DNA of 64,000 nt from Azolla caroliniana (taxonomy: Eukaryota > Plantae > Polypodiophyta), in contig JBHGNT010000017.1 of NCBI GenBank assembly GCA_043228905.1, positions 1,612,001 through 1,676,000 on the forward strand, in the 5' to 3' direction. The position numbers and the translations under genes were made by a program. Shown here piece after piece: positions 22,501-33,768 of this stretch (position 1 is its first letter; each line of letters opens with the position of its first letter). The notes below the pieces were generated by a model. It saw only the letters and a list, made by a program, of their open reading frames with translations. It was not told the origin of the DNA and did no database searches.

Positions 22501-24858
22501 CGAAAATGATACCGGAACCGGCCCCGATCCCGAAATGGATTCGGATGAAGAAGAATCGGAAGAACCGGTTACCGAAGCTCCGGAACGGAGATATCCTCTA
22601 AGAGAGAGAAGGGCCCCCCGGAGATTCCCGGAATCAGAGCACGTGCTGCTAACCGACGAGGGGGAGCCGGAGAGCTTTGAAGAAGCAAAGCATGACACCC
22701 AGAGCCGCAGGTGGTTGAGTGCCATGCAGGACGAGATGGATTCCCTGCATGAGAACCACACATATGAACTTGTGGAGTTGCCGAAAGGAAAGCGGGCACT
22801 TCGAAACAAGTGGGTGTTCAAGCTGAAACCGGGAGATGCCGGAAAACCCCCGAGATACAAAGCCAGGATCGTGGTGAAGGGGTTTCAGCAGAAGAAGGGC
22901 GTCGACTTCGACGAGATATTTGCCCCGGTAGTGAAGATGACCTCCATCCGGACGGTGCTGAGCATAGCGGCAAGCATGGACCTCGAGGTAGAACAGATGG
23001 ACGTGAAGACGGCATTCCTTCACGGTGACCTCGATGAAGAGATCTACATGCAGCAACCGGAAGGATTCGAGAAGAAAGGGAAGGAGCACCTGGTATGCCG
23101 GTTGAAGAAGAGCCTTTACGGACTGAAGCAGGCTCCCCGGCAATGGTACCGGAAATTCGACTCCTTCATGACCGACGAAGGGTACCTCAAAACGCAGTCC
23201 GACCACTGCGTGTTTGTGAAGAAGTTCGAAGGAGGAGACTTCCTAATACTCCTCCTGTACGTGGACGACATGTTGATCGTCGGACGGGACCAGGTCAAGA
23301 TACGGATGCTGAAGAAGGCTCTTCACCGAACCTTCTCAATGAAGGACTTGGGACCGGCGAGGCAAATACTAGGGATGCACATCATCCGGGACCGGAAGAA
23401 GAAGCAGCTGTGGCTGTCACAGGAGAAGTACGTGACGAAGGTGCTTCACCGGTTCAACATGTCGGAAGCAAGACCGGTCGGATCGACCCTCCCGGCAAAC
23501 TGCAAGCTGTCCAGCAAGCAAAGTCCCAAGACAAAGGCTGAAAAGGAGGATATGATGAAAGTGCCGTATGCCTCAGCCGTCGGGAGCTTGATGTACGCCA
23601 TGGTGTGTACGAGACCGGACATAGGATATGCAGTCGGAGTGGTGAGCCGGTACATGAGCAATCCCGGCAAAGAGCATTGGAACGCGGCCAAGTGGATACT
23701 CCGATACTTGAAGGGCACGGCAAACGTGTGCCTCCGATTCGGCTCCGGTAAGCCCGAACTCGACGGCTTCACCGATTCGGATATGTCGGCTGATGCAGAT
23801 ACCAGCCGGTCCACATCAGGGTATGTGATGACGTATGCAGGGGGAGCTGTTTCATGGCAGTCGAGGCTGCAGAAGACGGTTGCATTGTCAACCACGGAGG
23901 CGGAGTACATGGCGGCTGTTGAAGCCGGCAAGGAAATAATATGGATGAAGGACTTCATTAGAGAGCTCGGTATCCAACAGGAGGAGTACCGACTCTACTG
24001 CGACAGTCAGAGTGCAATCCACCTTGCGAAGAACGCGGCCTATCACTCCCGGACGAAGCACATCCAGCGAAGATATCACTGGATCCGGGAAAGGATAGAA
24101 GACAAGGAGTTCGTGCTGACGAAGGTCCACACGGACGAGAACGGGTCGGATATGCTGACCAAGGTGCTCACACCCGACAAGCTGGAAGCATGCCGGAAGA
24201 GGATCGGATTGGAGAGACATCCCATGCCGAAGTGAAGGGGGAGTTTGTTGGGATTTCGGTCCCTTTCGGATGGGATGGTCGGATATCGGAGATGAATGCC
24301 GACAAGCCCGGTTTCGGTTTCGGATCCGGATGACGAAGACCCCGGTTTCGGTGCCGGATGACAAATGTACCCGGAGAGCGATCCGGATGCAGGGACATAT
24401 CCGTGAATATGTTCGCTATGGGCCCCTGAGGCTATAGTTGTAAATAGCCCAAAGTCATATAAGTATAAATATGACTTAGGGCAAACAGTTTTTTAGCTGC
24501 TTCTCATTTTTCTGTTTTTCCACTCAAGAGGAGTGAAGTGTAAGCAACCGTGAGAGAGAGAGAGAGAGATAGAGCGCGAGAGAGGAAGAGGACGACGCCT
24601 CTGTGTATTTCCGCCGCCTGTGGCGAGGACAGCGAGCTCAAGGTCGTCGCCTTGGAGCTCGTCATTGTATACTTCTTTTGTATAGTGTTGTTTGGAGTCT
24701 TGTACTCCCGTGGTTTTTCCCATCTAGGGTTTTCCACGTTAATCCCTGTGTACTCGCGTTTTGTTTCTCTCTTTGGTTCCTATTTTCTGCTGCATTGATC
24801 CGCAATTACTCGCTTGGGGTCAAGTGAAGAAGGTGAATAGAAGGGTCTATTCCTTACA
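19520..24858 (+). mobile_element. Element E: intact Ty1/copia (Tnt1/Tork-like)
   Basis: 613-bp LTRs 19520-20132 and 24246-24858 (2 mismatches seen); TSD CTTCA; PBS tggtatcagagc 20136-20147; PPT gaagggggag just before the 3' LTR. Confidence 0.98.
20162..24235 (+). CDS. gag-pol: Element E gag-pol polyprotein (~1357 aa, intact)
   Basis: CCHC knuckle, WVVDSGASFH protease, integrase (VHTDVC, ADNGGEY), RT (YVDD), RNase H (TDSD, HSRTKHI). Confidence 0.97.
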   Translation: MEGGGSGQPGMMVLNAQNYADWKIKMEDLLIVRDLYEPIDRSEIPKGVLESEWKLLNRKAVATIRQYVDVSVLQHVANDTNAYEMWKKLSGLYERKNALNRTSLMRKIVNLKYRDGESMVEHVSTFMGFVNQLAAIKFPLEDAMQAIILMCTLPESWENLVVTLSTSCTEDNLSLQTVKTSILNEEARRRDKEPASDPKALLTESDRGRQWNRSPQRREKSGTRSQSRGRPTCFHCGKPGHFRKNCRHYRKDNGADDTDSKKSPERNGAYRGATDRRGSDRRGQDRKGTTALAASEEEIMLITEEGELNIAGDETTWVVDSGASFHLTPERRYFSSYTVGEHGCVRMGNEGTCRIAGIGDVWLTTPTGCKMLLKDVRHVPEVRLNLISAGRLDDEGYTGSIRNGVMKFSKGSLIVARARKINTLYLMNARLCPEELNVAADTAGELWHKRLCHMSVKGMKRLAEDNLIPVKHVHLEKCTDCLAGKQNRTSFHSRPPTRRSAPLELVHTDVCQVETKSHGGSQYFVTFIDDHSRKLWTAPLKTKDQVLCVFKELHARVERESGKKLKAIRADNGGEYRGQFQEYCRSKGIRLEFTVPKTPELNGLAERMNRTIMERVRSMLAHAKLPKGFWAEAMSTATYVINRSPSVPLGGDTPQRVWTDREVSYRHLKVFGCLAYVHVAKDRRGKLDPKTRPCIFLGYGDDEFGYRVWDPVDKKIFRSRDIVFMEDKTLADWESEKKMKSSKSTGENKLYEEQSRPARDRLALEDPAEKGEETEPAEEDENDTGTGPDPEMDSDEEESEEPVTEAPERRYPLRERRAPRRFPESEHVLLTDEGEPESFEEAKHDTQSRRWLSAMQDEMDSLHENHTYELVELPKGKRALRNKWVFKLKPGDAGKPPRYKARIVVKGFQQKKGVDFDEIFAPVVKMTSIRTVLSIAASMDLEVEQMDVKTAFLHGDLDEEIYMQQPEGFEKKGKEHLVCRLKKSLYGLKQAPRQWYRKFDSFMTDEGYLKTQSDHCVFVKKFEGGDFLILLLYVDDMLIVGRDQVKIRMLKKALHRTFSMKDLGPARQILGMHIIRDRKKKQLWLSQEKYVTKVLHRFNMSEARPVGSTLPANCKLSSKQSPKTKAEKEDMMKVPYASAVGSLMYAMVCTRPDIGYAVGVVSRYMSNPGKEHWNAAKWILRYLKGTANVCLRFGSGKPELDGFTDSDMSADADTSRSTSGYVMTYAGGAVSWQSRLQKTVALSTTEAEYMAAVEAGKEIIWMKDFIRELGIQQEEYRLYCDSQSAIHLAKNAAYHSRTKHIQRRYHWIRERIEDKEFVLTKVHTDENGSDMLTKVLTPDKLEACRKRIGLERHPMPK

Positions 24859-24863
24859 CTTCA

Positions 24864-27598
24864 TATCGAATGCGTCTAACAACTGGGACTTGACGCGGTT
24901 GATTTCCGAAAGACTTGGGCCGGTGATGACTAAATCATCAACATAGAGTAAGATACATACCGGACCATTTGAGCCTTGACGGATGAACAAGGAAGAGTCC
25001 GACTTAGAGGCAACAAACCCCATCTTTTGCAACCGGTGCGTGATCTTAGCATTCCAAGCACGGGGGGCTTGCTTCAAGTCGTACAACGACTTCCTCAGCC
25101 GACATACCGCCGACTTGTTCACCTCCGACTGAAATCTGAGGGGCTGAGTCATAAAGACTTCTTCTTCAAGATCTCCTTGAAGGAAGGCATTCTTCACATC
25201 CATATGATGAAGATGCCACCCCCTTGCCGCAACAACCGCCAGTACCACACGAACCGTCGTCATCTTTGCTACAGGAGCGAAGGTCTCGTCGTAGTCGATT
25301 CCGTGGGTCTACGCATATCCCTTTGCCACTAACCGGGCCTTGTACCGGTTAACTGTACCATTGGCATTGTAGTTTATCTTGTACACCCACTTGCATCCGA
25401 TCGGTTTACAGTGACGGGGAGGGTCAACCAGGTCCCAAGTTCCGTTGGCATCCAGTGCCCGCATTTCTTCCTCCATAGCGGCACACCAATTTGCATCCTT
25501 TGTCGCTTCTGCGTAGCTGTCCGGCTCACGCACTTCTGCGACCTTGGTCATGTACACATAATGATGCGCCATGTACTCGTTATACTCGTACCGTTTAACG
25601 GGATCCTTCTGGTGGGTGGACCGGCGTAACTCACCGTTACCCGGTATGAGACCCTTCTTGGCTGGTTCGGTCTTCGTTCCCGAAGATCTGCCTATGTCCT
25701 TGCCGAAGTCAGATACGCACCGATCCGACTCATCATTACCGATCCCTTTCTCTTTGCGTGTGAACCGTCTCCTCGGTTCCTTGCGCGGGGAGAGCACGAC
25801 AGAGTCTCCACTACTCGCCGTCTCATCATCCGACTGGTTGGACTGATCTAGTCTCTCATTTGGTCCGCTTAACCGGAACGATTCCGAACTCTCATCTTGA
25901 GTCCCGTCTTCATCTTTCTCTACTTGGGCCGGTTCGGGCTCACTAGCCCCATCCTCCGACATTGGGTCGGGATCAAAAGTCAGAGTCGATAAGGAATACC
26001 ACGATGCCGATTCATCAAACTCGACATCTCGGCTGACTTGGACCTGCTTCATCCGAGGGTTATAACACTTATACCCCTTTTGCTCTTGAGCATAGCCGAC
26101 TAGGATGCATTTTTCCCATTGTGCATCTAGCTTTCTCCGCTTCTCATCCGGCACATGTACATAGGCTATGCTGCCAAATATCTGGAGGTGTCTCAAATTC
26201 GGCTTGCGCCCGAAATACAGCTCGTGAGCTGACACCTTGTCCCCGATCCGGTTTTGGATGTAAACGACCATTTGGACCGCCTCCGCCCAGTAGAACTTGG
26301 GCATACTCTTTTCCTCCAGCATTGCCCTAGCCACGTCAATCAACGATCGATTCTTCCTTTCAGCCACACCGTTCTGTTGCGGTGTGTATCTGCAGCTGAA
26401 TTCTCGCCGAAATCCTTTTTGTTGTAGATAGCTGTTGAATTGGCCGGAAAAGTACTCTTTTCCGCCATCCGACCGTAGGCATTTGATCTTCCTCTCTGAT
26501 TCCCGTTCCACCATCTTCTGGAGGCTCTAGAAACACTCGAAGACTTCGCTCTTCCGCTCAATGAGGTAGATCCACGTATGCCGCGTGTAGTCGTCGATGA
26601 AGGAGACGAAATATCGACTCCCGCCAATGCTAACATTTTGTGCCGGTCCCCACACATCCGAATGGATAAGATCAAGCTTGTTACGGCTTCGATTTCTTTC
26701 GGTGGGGAATGGAAGCCGATGTTGCTTCCCGAGTTGGCAGGCTTCACAAATCTGGGCTCTCCGGCCGCTAAACTTCGGCAAACCGAAAACGACTTGTTCC
26801 GTTTGCAGGTCTTGAAGCCTTCGGTAGTTGACATGGCCGATCCGCTTGTGCCACAGTTTGATATCCGACTCGACCTTCTGTCCTTTGGCGAACAATGCGG
26901 TGCCGACATCATTGCTATTGAGGATAAACATCCTCCCATCTCTGCGCCCTTGCGCAATAACTTCGCCCTCATCCTCAATGAAGCACCCGAGGTGCGTAAA
27001 CCGCACCTGCATCCCCTGGTCGACGATCTATCTGACCGACACCAGGTTCTTCGTGATCGTCGAAACATGTAATACATTCATCAGCTTCCCCCTCTGTCTG
27101 ACGTGGCTCAAAGGGACTTCTCCGACGTGCACGATCGGGTGGGGAGTGTCGTCTCCGGTTTCGACAACTCCCGGTTGATACCGGCTTCTCCAAAAAGGAG
27201 AACCACTCCTCGTGGCTTGTCATGTGGTTCGATGCGTCGGAGTCAACGTACCACACTTCCTCCGATTTGGAAGTGGTCTTCTTCATTGAGTTTGCCTTAT
27301 GCTTCATCATCAAGGCTGGCCCCTTACCGTTCTTGGATCCTCCTGATCCGTTTGCGTAGTGCGAGCTTTGTCGGCCTTCCTTACCAGTCTTGCCGGATCC
27401 GGATTTGTCTGAATCGGCACGCTTTCTCCAGCACTCGCTTTCCCTGTGGCCCTTTTTGCCACAGTACCAGCATTTCGTAGCGGATTTGTCTTGCCGGCCT
27501 CCGGCACCACCTTGACTCCCTCTGCTTGTGGAAGTCCCAGAACTGTTGTCGGCACGTTCATTGTGCCTTCGTTCTTGCTCTTGTCGGCCGCCTCCATT
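24864..27598 (-). pseudogene. Element D gag zinc knuckle, protease, integrase and RT N-terminus
   Basis: CWYCGKKGH, WYVDSDASNHMT, LWHKRIGH, RSDGGKEY, YKARLVAKG, LYVDD; several stops and frameshifts. Confidence 0.92.
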
Positions 27599-27602
27599 GC
27601 GT

Positions 27603-30600
27603 TGTCGTGAAGAATTTCGGCCAGAGGCGGAAACCGGGAAGCATTGGCTACATTGGCGGGGGCAGCATGTGTGTTCACCCCATGTACATTTAGTGTGAAT
27701 AACAAGGGGCCTTTATGGCGCCGAAGAGTAGTCAAGTCGGGACAGACGATCCCATGTAAGTCAGGATTTATCCCACATTGTAACGCATCCCTCTCCTTGC
27801 TCTATAAAAGGAAGGGAGCGCCCTTTGTGAAAGGGGTTGCCCATTTTGCATTAGAGGGTATACCGTTAGATTTAGGGTTAGTTACATTTCTTCTTCTTCT
27901 CCCCCCTTCGTGTTCGCTTAGGGTTTGCTTCAGCTCCTCTCCTGCGCAAGACCCCGCTCGGCGCAACGAGCCCGTGAGCTCCCCGACGGCGGCTTGGCGG
28001 CTGACGACTATTGTAACCTACCTTGGTCTGGCTCGAAGCCGAGAATGTATTCTTCCTTTTATATATATACATTTGCGTCTGTCTGTGTATATTCGCGTCT
28101 TTGTTGGTGTCGGGTGCTTCCCCTTTCTTGCGTTTCCTGTACATAAGGGCGTGAGTCGGGTCGGCATGTGTCTGTGTGTGCGTGTGTGCGCGTGAGTCGG
28201 TGTTAAGAGCGCGCTCCCTCCCTCTCTCTCTCACCCTTCGGTCGCTTCCGACGTTCTTCTGGGATCCCCGGAAACGGTGAAGCACGACTTCCTACGCTCC
28301 GTCACTCCCTAGTTCAAGACCCCCGTGGTCCCGCCTTTCTCCACGCACCCGCGTAACGACGCAACATCTTTGGTGAAACCGACGTGAAAGGCGGCAAGGG
28401 AGGATGGAGTTGGAAGACGACGACCTTGCGGAGATTGTGGCTGAAGTGGTGTTGGAGTCGGCAGGAGTGGTGATGAGGCGAGAAGCAGCGCAACAAGCGA
28501 TTGAGCGAGTGGTCGAAAGAGTCGGTCGTTTCAACGGGGACAAAGTCCCATCTTACTTGGAAGCCTACAATGCGGAAATGGAGGAGCGTGGCGTAGACGA
28601 GGCGTTGAGGCTGGAGTTCTTTTGTCGGGTCGTAGCTGTTCGGATGCATGCGGAGGTAAAGGAGCTCCGTGGGGCTCATAGTTCGTGGGAGGCCTTCGAA
28701 GAGGCGCTCCTGAAGGTATACAGAGGACGGCGGAAGAGCCGAGGACGACATGACTTCGACCAGTGGGTAGCATCGGCAAAGACCCACCGGGGCACGACGA
28801 AGGCGTTCCGAGAGTTCGAGCGACGGCTTGCTTGGCTCCCGGAGCGGGAACAAGGTTTGGTGGGGACGGACAAGGTCCTATTGTTCGTCAGGTCGATCGA
28901 CCGAGTGGAACGGGAGGCCATCGGGATTGAGCTCGAAGATGATGACGGAGCGAATGGGCTTACGGAGGACTGGTCGAAGGTCGGAAGGGTGTGCCTACGG
29001 CTAGACAATGAGCGAGCCGAGAAGGCTAAGAGGAAGGCGCGCGACGGCATGCCATCACAGCGGGAAGAGGCCGAACGGCAAAGAGAGCCGGCAAGGGTCG
29101 GCGTTGGGGCCAGGATTGCGGAGGCGTACTCAGCTCTCAAGGCGATGCTCGAGGAAGAGGAAAGATCAAGGCCGCAAGCCGAGACTGAGGAGACAGACTT
29201 GCCCCACGCGACGGCGGAAGATCGGTACCACGGTACCACGGGAGAGGGCGCGAAACAAAACGCCCTCTCGACTTGCGGAGATAGAACAACCAAGGACGAG
29301 GCCGAGATACAGATTGCGGAACCGGATAATTGGGACCAACGGTTTTGGGCGTGTCAGCCCGAAACCCCGGGAATCAGAGAAACAAGCCTAGGCGGGGCTT
29401 GCGCGATCGGTAAGAAGACGACCGCCGACCACGAAGAGTCGGTGGCTACGGACAAGGGCGTGAAACGGACGGGGGATTCTTTGTGTCTTCTCGCACTTGC
29501 TCCCGAGACGATGGCAGTCGGGCCTGAGTGCCCACGTGAGTCCCAAGCGGAGGAAGGCGGCGGCGAAAGACCAAGAATCACCGGCGAGAGGATACGGGGA
29601 AGGAGCGGACGAAAGCCCACGGACCCGATTCCAGAGAACTCGGCATTCGGGCCCGTATGCCCATGTAAGACCGAGGTGATGGATGGTAGTACCGAGGAGT
29701 CCTGGCACGATGCCAGCGAAGATGGATGGGAGATGGCCAGCAAAAGGGGCGATGAGGAGACCAAGGAACGACCTGACCGGGGACCGAACCACGCGACGCT
29801 CCGGTACGGGTGGAGCGTGATCCGGTCGTGGATTGTTCGATCGGGGCCAGAATCGGCATGAAGGTGCCGATACGGGAGAGGGTGCGGGACGAGCCGCCCT
29901 CTTTTACATGTGGAGAAAGACCGACCAGGCGAAGGTCGGGAATTGGAAAGGAAGGTGATCAAAGGTTCAAAACGAGTCTGGCAAGATCGGCATCGGAGCC
30001 GAAACTCCGTACATTAGAGAATCAAGCTCAGGCGGGGCTTGATTGATCACAGAGCAGATGCTATCCACAGACACCACTAAAAGGGGCGGTGGCCCAGACG
30101 AGTTGCAAAAAGACGTTGCGAAATCGGTTACGCCACATCTTATCCAGAGACTTTGGCAGTTCAGCCAACGTGGCAACGTGAGACCTAAAGAGATGGAGGA
30201 TGGAGGCAAGTACGCGAGAAGGAGAGAAGCGACGAGTTCGGGAGAAGTACAAGGGATGAAGAGGAGAACGAAGTCCGGTCCTACGGGATCCCCACACCAG
30301 TCCGGAGGCTCCGGCAGTTCGACCAACGTGGCAACGTGAGACCAAGGGAGAAGGCTGGTGGCGGTAGGAGAACGGGACTCGGCAATACGGAGAAGGACGG
30401 ACGGAGCCGGACGAGAACCGGGCAGAACGGACTCCCGGATGACCATTCCGAGAGGGAGGAAAAGAGCGAGCCTACGGAGAGGCCGAGGAGACGGTACGTC
30501 GGTACCACGGGAGAGGGTGCGGAGCAAACCGCCCTCTCGGCGTAGGACGACCCGGGTCAGGGTCAAGAAGACAAATCGGAGGCCCAAGGAGGATCCTTCA

Positions 30601-33060
30601 CACCGGTTCTAGAGACTTCGGGGGTCGGCAACGCGGTTGACGTAAGACCAAGATACTGACGGTGGCGGCGAGGTGACGAAGGCAAAAAGGGCTACGGATG
30701 GGCGGTCTACGGAGATCCTCACACCGATCCGGCGGTCGGCCCGAGAGCCGGCGTGAGTCCTATAGGGGAGATCGGTGGCGGCAGGAGAACGTGATCGAAC
30801 GGTAGGAGGCGACGAACGGCAAGGAGGTATCAGGCCGGCGAGGCGGCCACGAACCAAATCGGACCTTCTAGCAAGGTCAGTGGGCGTAAGGAAGTCCGGT
30901 CCTACGGGATCCCCACACTTAACCAGAGACTCCGGCAGTTCGGCCAACGTGGCAACATGAGACCGAGAGAGAAGGTCGGTGGCGGTGGGAAACGGGACCC
31001 GACTACGCGGAAGACATGAGGAGAGTCAGGGAGGGACTGAAACAAAAGACACCCGAATTTCGACAAGCATAGAAACAGAGTCCGGTCCTATGGGACCCTC
31101 ACACCGATCCGGAGACTCCGACAGTTCGGCCAACGTGGCAACGTGAGACCGAGGGAGAAGGACTGTGGCGGCGGGGAACGGGACCCAATGACACGAGGAA
31201 GCGGATAGGGAGCCGGTAAGACGGGCGGATGAAGTGTGAAACCCTCACCGGCCGGTTACGGTTTCGGAAGGAGCCGGTAGGGGCAAACATAGGGAGGTGT
31301 GTCAGGCCGGAAAGGCACACCTGGGACGGAACAAGAGTCTCGCAAGTGGCCATCGCGGGCCGGGTCGAAGCGTGACTGCGGGACGGTGTTCGGCGCGGGC
31401 GGAAGACGGCACAAGGGAGGTGTCAGGAACGAGGTGACGTAGCGGACTGCACAGGGTCAGAGTCAGGGGATGACAAGAGAGACCGGAGGAGGATCCTCCA
31501 CACTCGCTTCGTAGATCTCGAGAGCTCCGTCGAAGTGGCGAAGACTGACACGGCAAGCCCGAGGTGACAAGCTGGTGGGGGTGAGGGGACAACGGCAAGC
31601 GGAAGACTCGGGACCTGTTGCAGCAGCACGAAGACGGGAAGGGCGGGGGAAGGGCCAAGCGGGCTACTACGGGGTGTTCCTCGGATGCGAAGGACACTAG
31701 TATGCGGGTGAGCGGCGATGCGCGATCTGGCCAGAAAAGGGGGGCCGACAAGGCGTGCAATGAACCGGAGTACGGCACAGGCAGTGCCAAACAACGAACG
31801 AAGGTGCCGGAGCGGGAAGGCGAGAGCGGAGACAGTTTGTGTGGTTCGGAGGTAGAGCGAAGAAGGCCAGAAAGGGATCCTCCACACCGTTCCGGAGACC
31901 ATGGCGGTTCGAGGCGACGCGGCAATGTAAGACCATGGAGAAGGAAGGTGGCGGCGAGAGGATGAGGGCAACGCGAAACAACATGGGACGGCAAATAGGA
32001 CGACGCGAATGATCAACGAAGGCCAAGCGGGCCGCTACGGGCGTTCCCCAAGCGAGGGACATTGGGCTTACGACGGGAAGCGGGGCGTTCGGGCCAGCGG
32101 AAGTACGCGTACTACGGAGATCACGGTGGAGGACCCATCGACGGGTCGAGCGAGCCTACGGGGAGGTAAGCGCGAAGGAAGAACCGAAGCCGACGGATCA
32201 AACCAACAACGAGCCAGGATACGGATTACGAAAGACCGGTTTCTCACCGGCCGAAATCTCTCACCCTTCAACCAGATTTGGCACGTACCGGTCGACGTGC
32301 AGTTAGGTGGGGGCGGATGTCATGAAGAATTTCGGCCAAAGGCGGAAACCGGGAAGCATTGGCTACATTCGCGGGGGCAGCGTGTGTGCTCACCCCATGT
32401 ATATTTAGTGTGAATAACGAGGGGCCTTTATGGCGCCGAAGAGTAGTCAAGTTGGGACAGACGATCCCATGTAAGTCAGGATTTATCCCACATTGTAACG
32501 CATCCCTCTCCTTGTTCTATAAAATGAAGGGAGCGCCCTTTGTGAAAGGGGTTGCCCATTTTGCATTAGAGGGTATACCGTTAGATTTAGGGTTAGTTAC
32601 ATTTCTTCTTCTTCTCCCCCCTTCGTGTTCGCTTAGGGTTTGCTTCAGCTCCTCTCCTGCGCAATGAGCCCGTGAGCTCCCCGACGGCGGCTTGGCGGCT
32701 GACGACTATTGTAACCTACCTTGGTCTGGCTCGAAGCCGAGAATGTATTCTTCCTTTTATATATATACATTTGCGTTTGTCTGTGTATATTCGCGTCTTT
32801 GTTGGTGTCGGGTGCTTCCCCTTTCTTGCGTTTCCTATACATAAGGGCGTGAGTCGGGTCGGCATGTGTGTGTGTGTGTGTGCGTGAGTCGGTGTTAAGA
32901 GCGTGCTCCCTCTCTCTCTCTCTCTCTCCCTTCGGTCGCTTCCGGCGTTCTTCTGGGATCCCCGGGAACGGTGAAGCACGACTTCCTACGCTCCGTCACT
33001 CCCTAGTCCAAGACCCCCGTGGTCCCGCCTTTCTCCACGCACGCGCATAACAACGCGACA
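27603..33060 (+). mobile_element. Element C2: complete non-autonomous (gag-only) Ty3/gypsy derivative
   Basis: LTRs 27603-28366 and 32318-33060; PBS TGGTGAAACCGACGTGAA (28371-28388), 17/18 complementary to the plant tRNA-Trp 3' end as recalled; PPT 32305-32317; 4-bp TSD GCGT whose removal restores the host gag frame (GRSAR-NGGGRQEQE). Confidence 0.95.
28404..29861 (+). CDS. gag: Element C2 gag-like protein (485 aa; capsid-like N-terminal half, low-complexity tail)
   Basis: Starts just after the PBS; FNGDKVPSYLEAYNAEME...WEAFEEAL retrotransposon-gag-like motifs; no pol motifs downstream. Confidence 0.8.
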   Translation: MELEDDDLAEIVAEVVLESAGVVMRREAAQQAIERVVERVGRFNGDKVPSYLEAYNAEMEERGVDEALRLEFFCRVVAVRMHAEVKELRGAHSSWEAFEEALLKVYRGRRKSRGRHDFDQWVASAKTHRGTTKAFREFERRLAWLPEREQGLVGTDKVLLFVRSIDRVEREAIGIELEDDDGANGLTEDWSKVGRVCLRLDNERAEKAKRKARDGMPSQREEAERQREPARVGVGARIAEAYSALKAMLEEEERSRPQAETEETDLPHATAEDRYHGTTGEGAKQNALSTCGDRTTKDEAEIQIAEPDNWDQRFWACQPETPGIRETSLGGACAIGKKTTADHEESVATDKGVKRTGDSLCLLALAPETMAVGPECPRESQAEEGGGERPRITGERIRGRSGRKPTDPIPENSAFGPVCPCKTEVMDGSTEESWHDASEDGWEMASKRGDEETKERPDRGPNHATLRYGWSVIRSWIVRSGPESA

Positions 33061-33064
33061 GCGT

Positions 33065-33768
33065 GCCGACCTGCCTCGTCCACGACGCCCGCGGGACCAA
33101 TCCGCTCCCGTGTACAACATCCGGTTGTCTGGGGATGCACTGGTAAATGCACCAACGTGGTTCTCCTCTACAAGGAGCATCGATTGTAAGTCGAAAAATG
33201 AGGGCGTATTCTCCCTTGTACAAACCGTAGTCCGAAAAGCTCCGAACTTGGATGCTAGGCCTCCATTACAGACCTGCACCATCTCGTCTTCCTCTACGGT
33301 GACTTTAATAGAGGCAAGCGAGTCACATATCCCTTTGATCCGGGCTGTGTAATTTGCCACTGACATGTTCTTCTGTCGAACATTGCTCAACTCCTGTCTG
33401 AGTTGCAACTTCTGGGCAGTGGTGCTTGCGGCAAAAACCTTTTTCAAGTTTCCCCAAGCATGCTTCAGTGTCTTGGCGTCACGGATATGGCTGGGCAGTT
33501 GGTCACCGACACTGGATGAGAAGCAGTGCATCACCCTGCTTGCCGCTTGTTCCCACACTAGGAAGTCCTTGTGTGTCGTCTCCGGTGCTGAGTTGTTCAC
33601 TCCGTTGACATAACTCCAGTAGCCATGCCCAAGCAGGTGCTGGTGCATCTTGTATGACCAAGATGCGTAGTTGGTTCTGTCGAGCTTCTCCACCGAGAGC
33701 GACGTAGCCATACCTCTGTCCATTTCTCCTTTTGTGTCTGCTTTCCGATCTGTTAGGGTTTCCTTCAC
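33065..33768 (-). pseudogene. Element D gag N-terminus
   Basis: LSVEKLDRTNYASWSYKM...LQLRQELSNVRQ copia gag (UBN2-type) motifs. Confidence 0.9.

Noticed and set aside
27995-28050. Hammerhead ribozyme (retrozyme) in the family C LTR, prompted by CTGACGA
   Set aside because: No GAAA at a suitable distance, no stem II, and the motif is not retained in the C1 LTR.
30100-31200. CRISPR-like array (recurring ~28-bp core with variable spacers)
   Set aside because: Spacing is irregular, the spacers are homologous to each other, there are no cas genes and the context is a eukaryotic retroelement.
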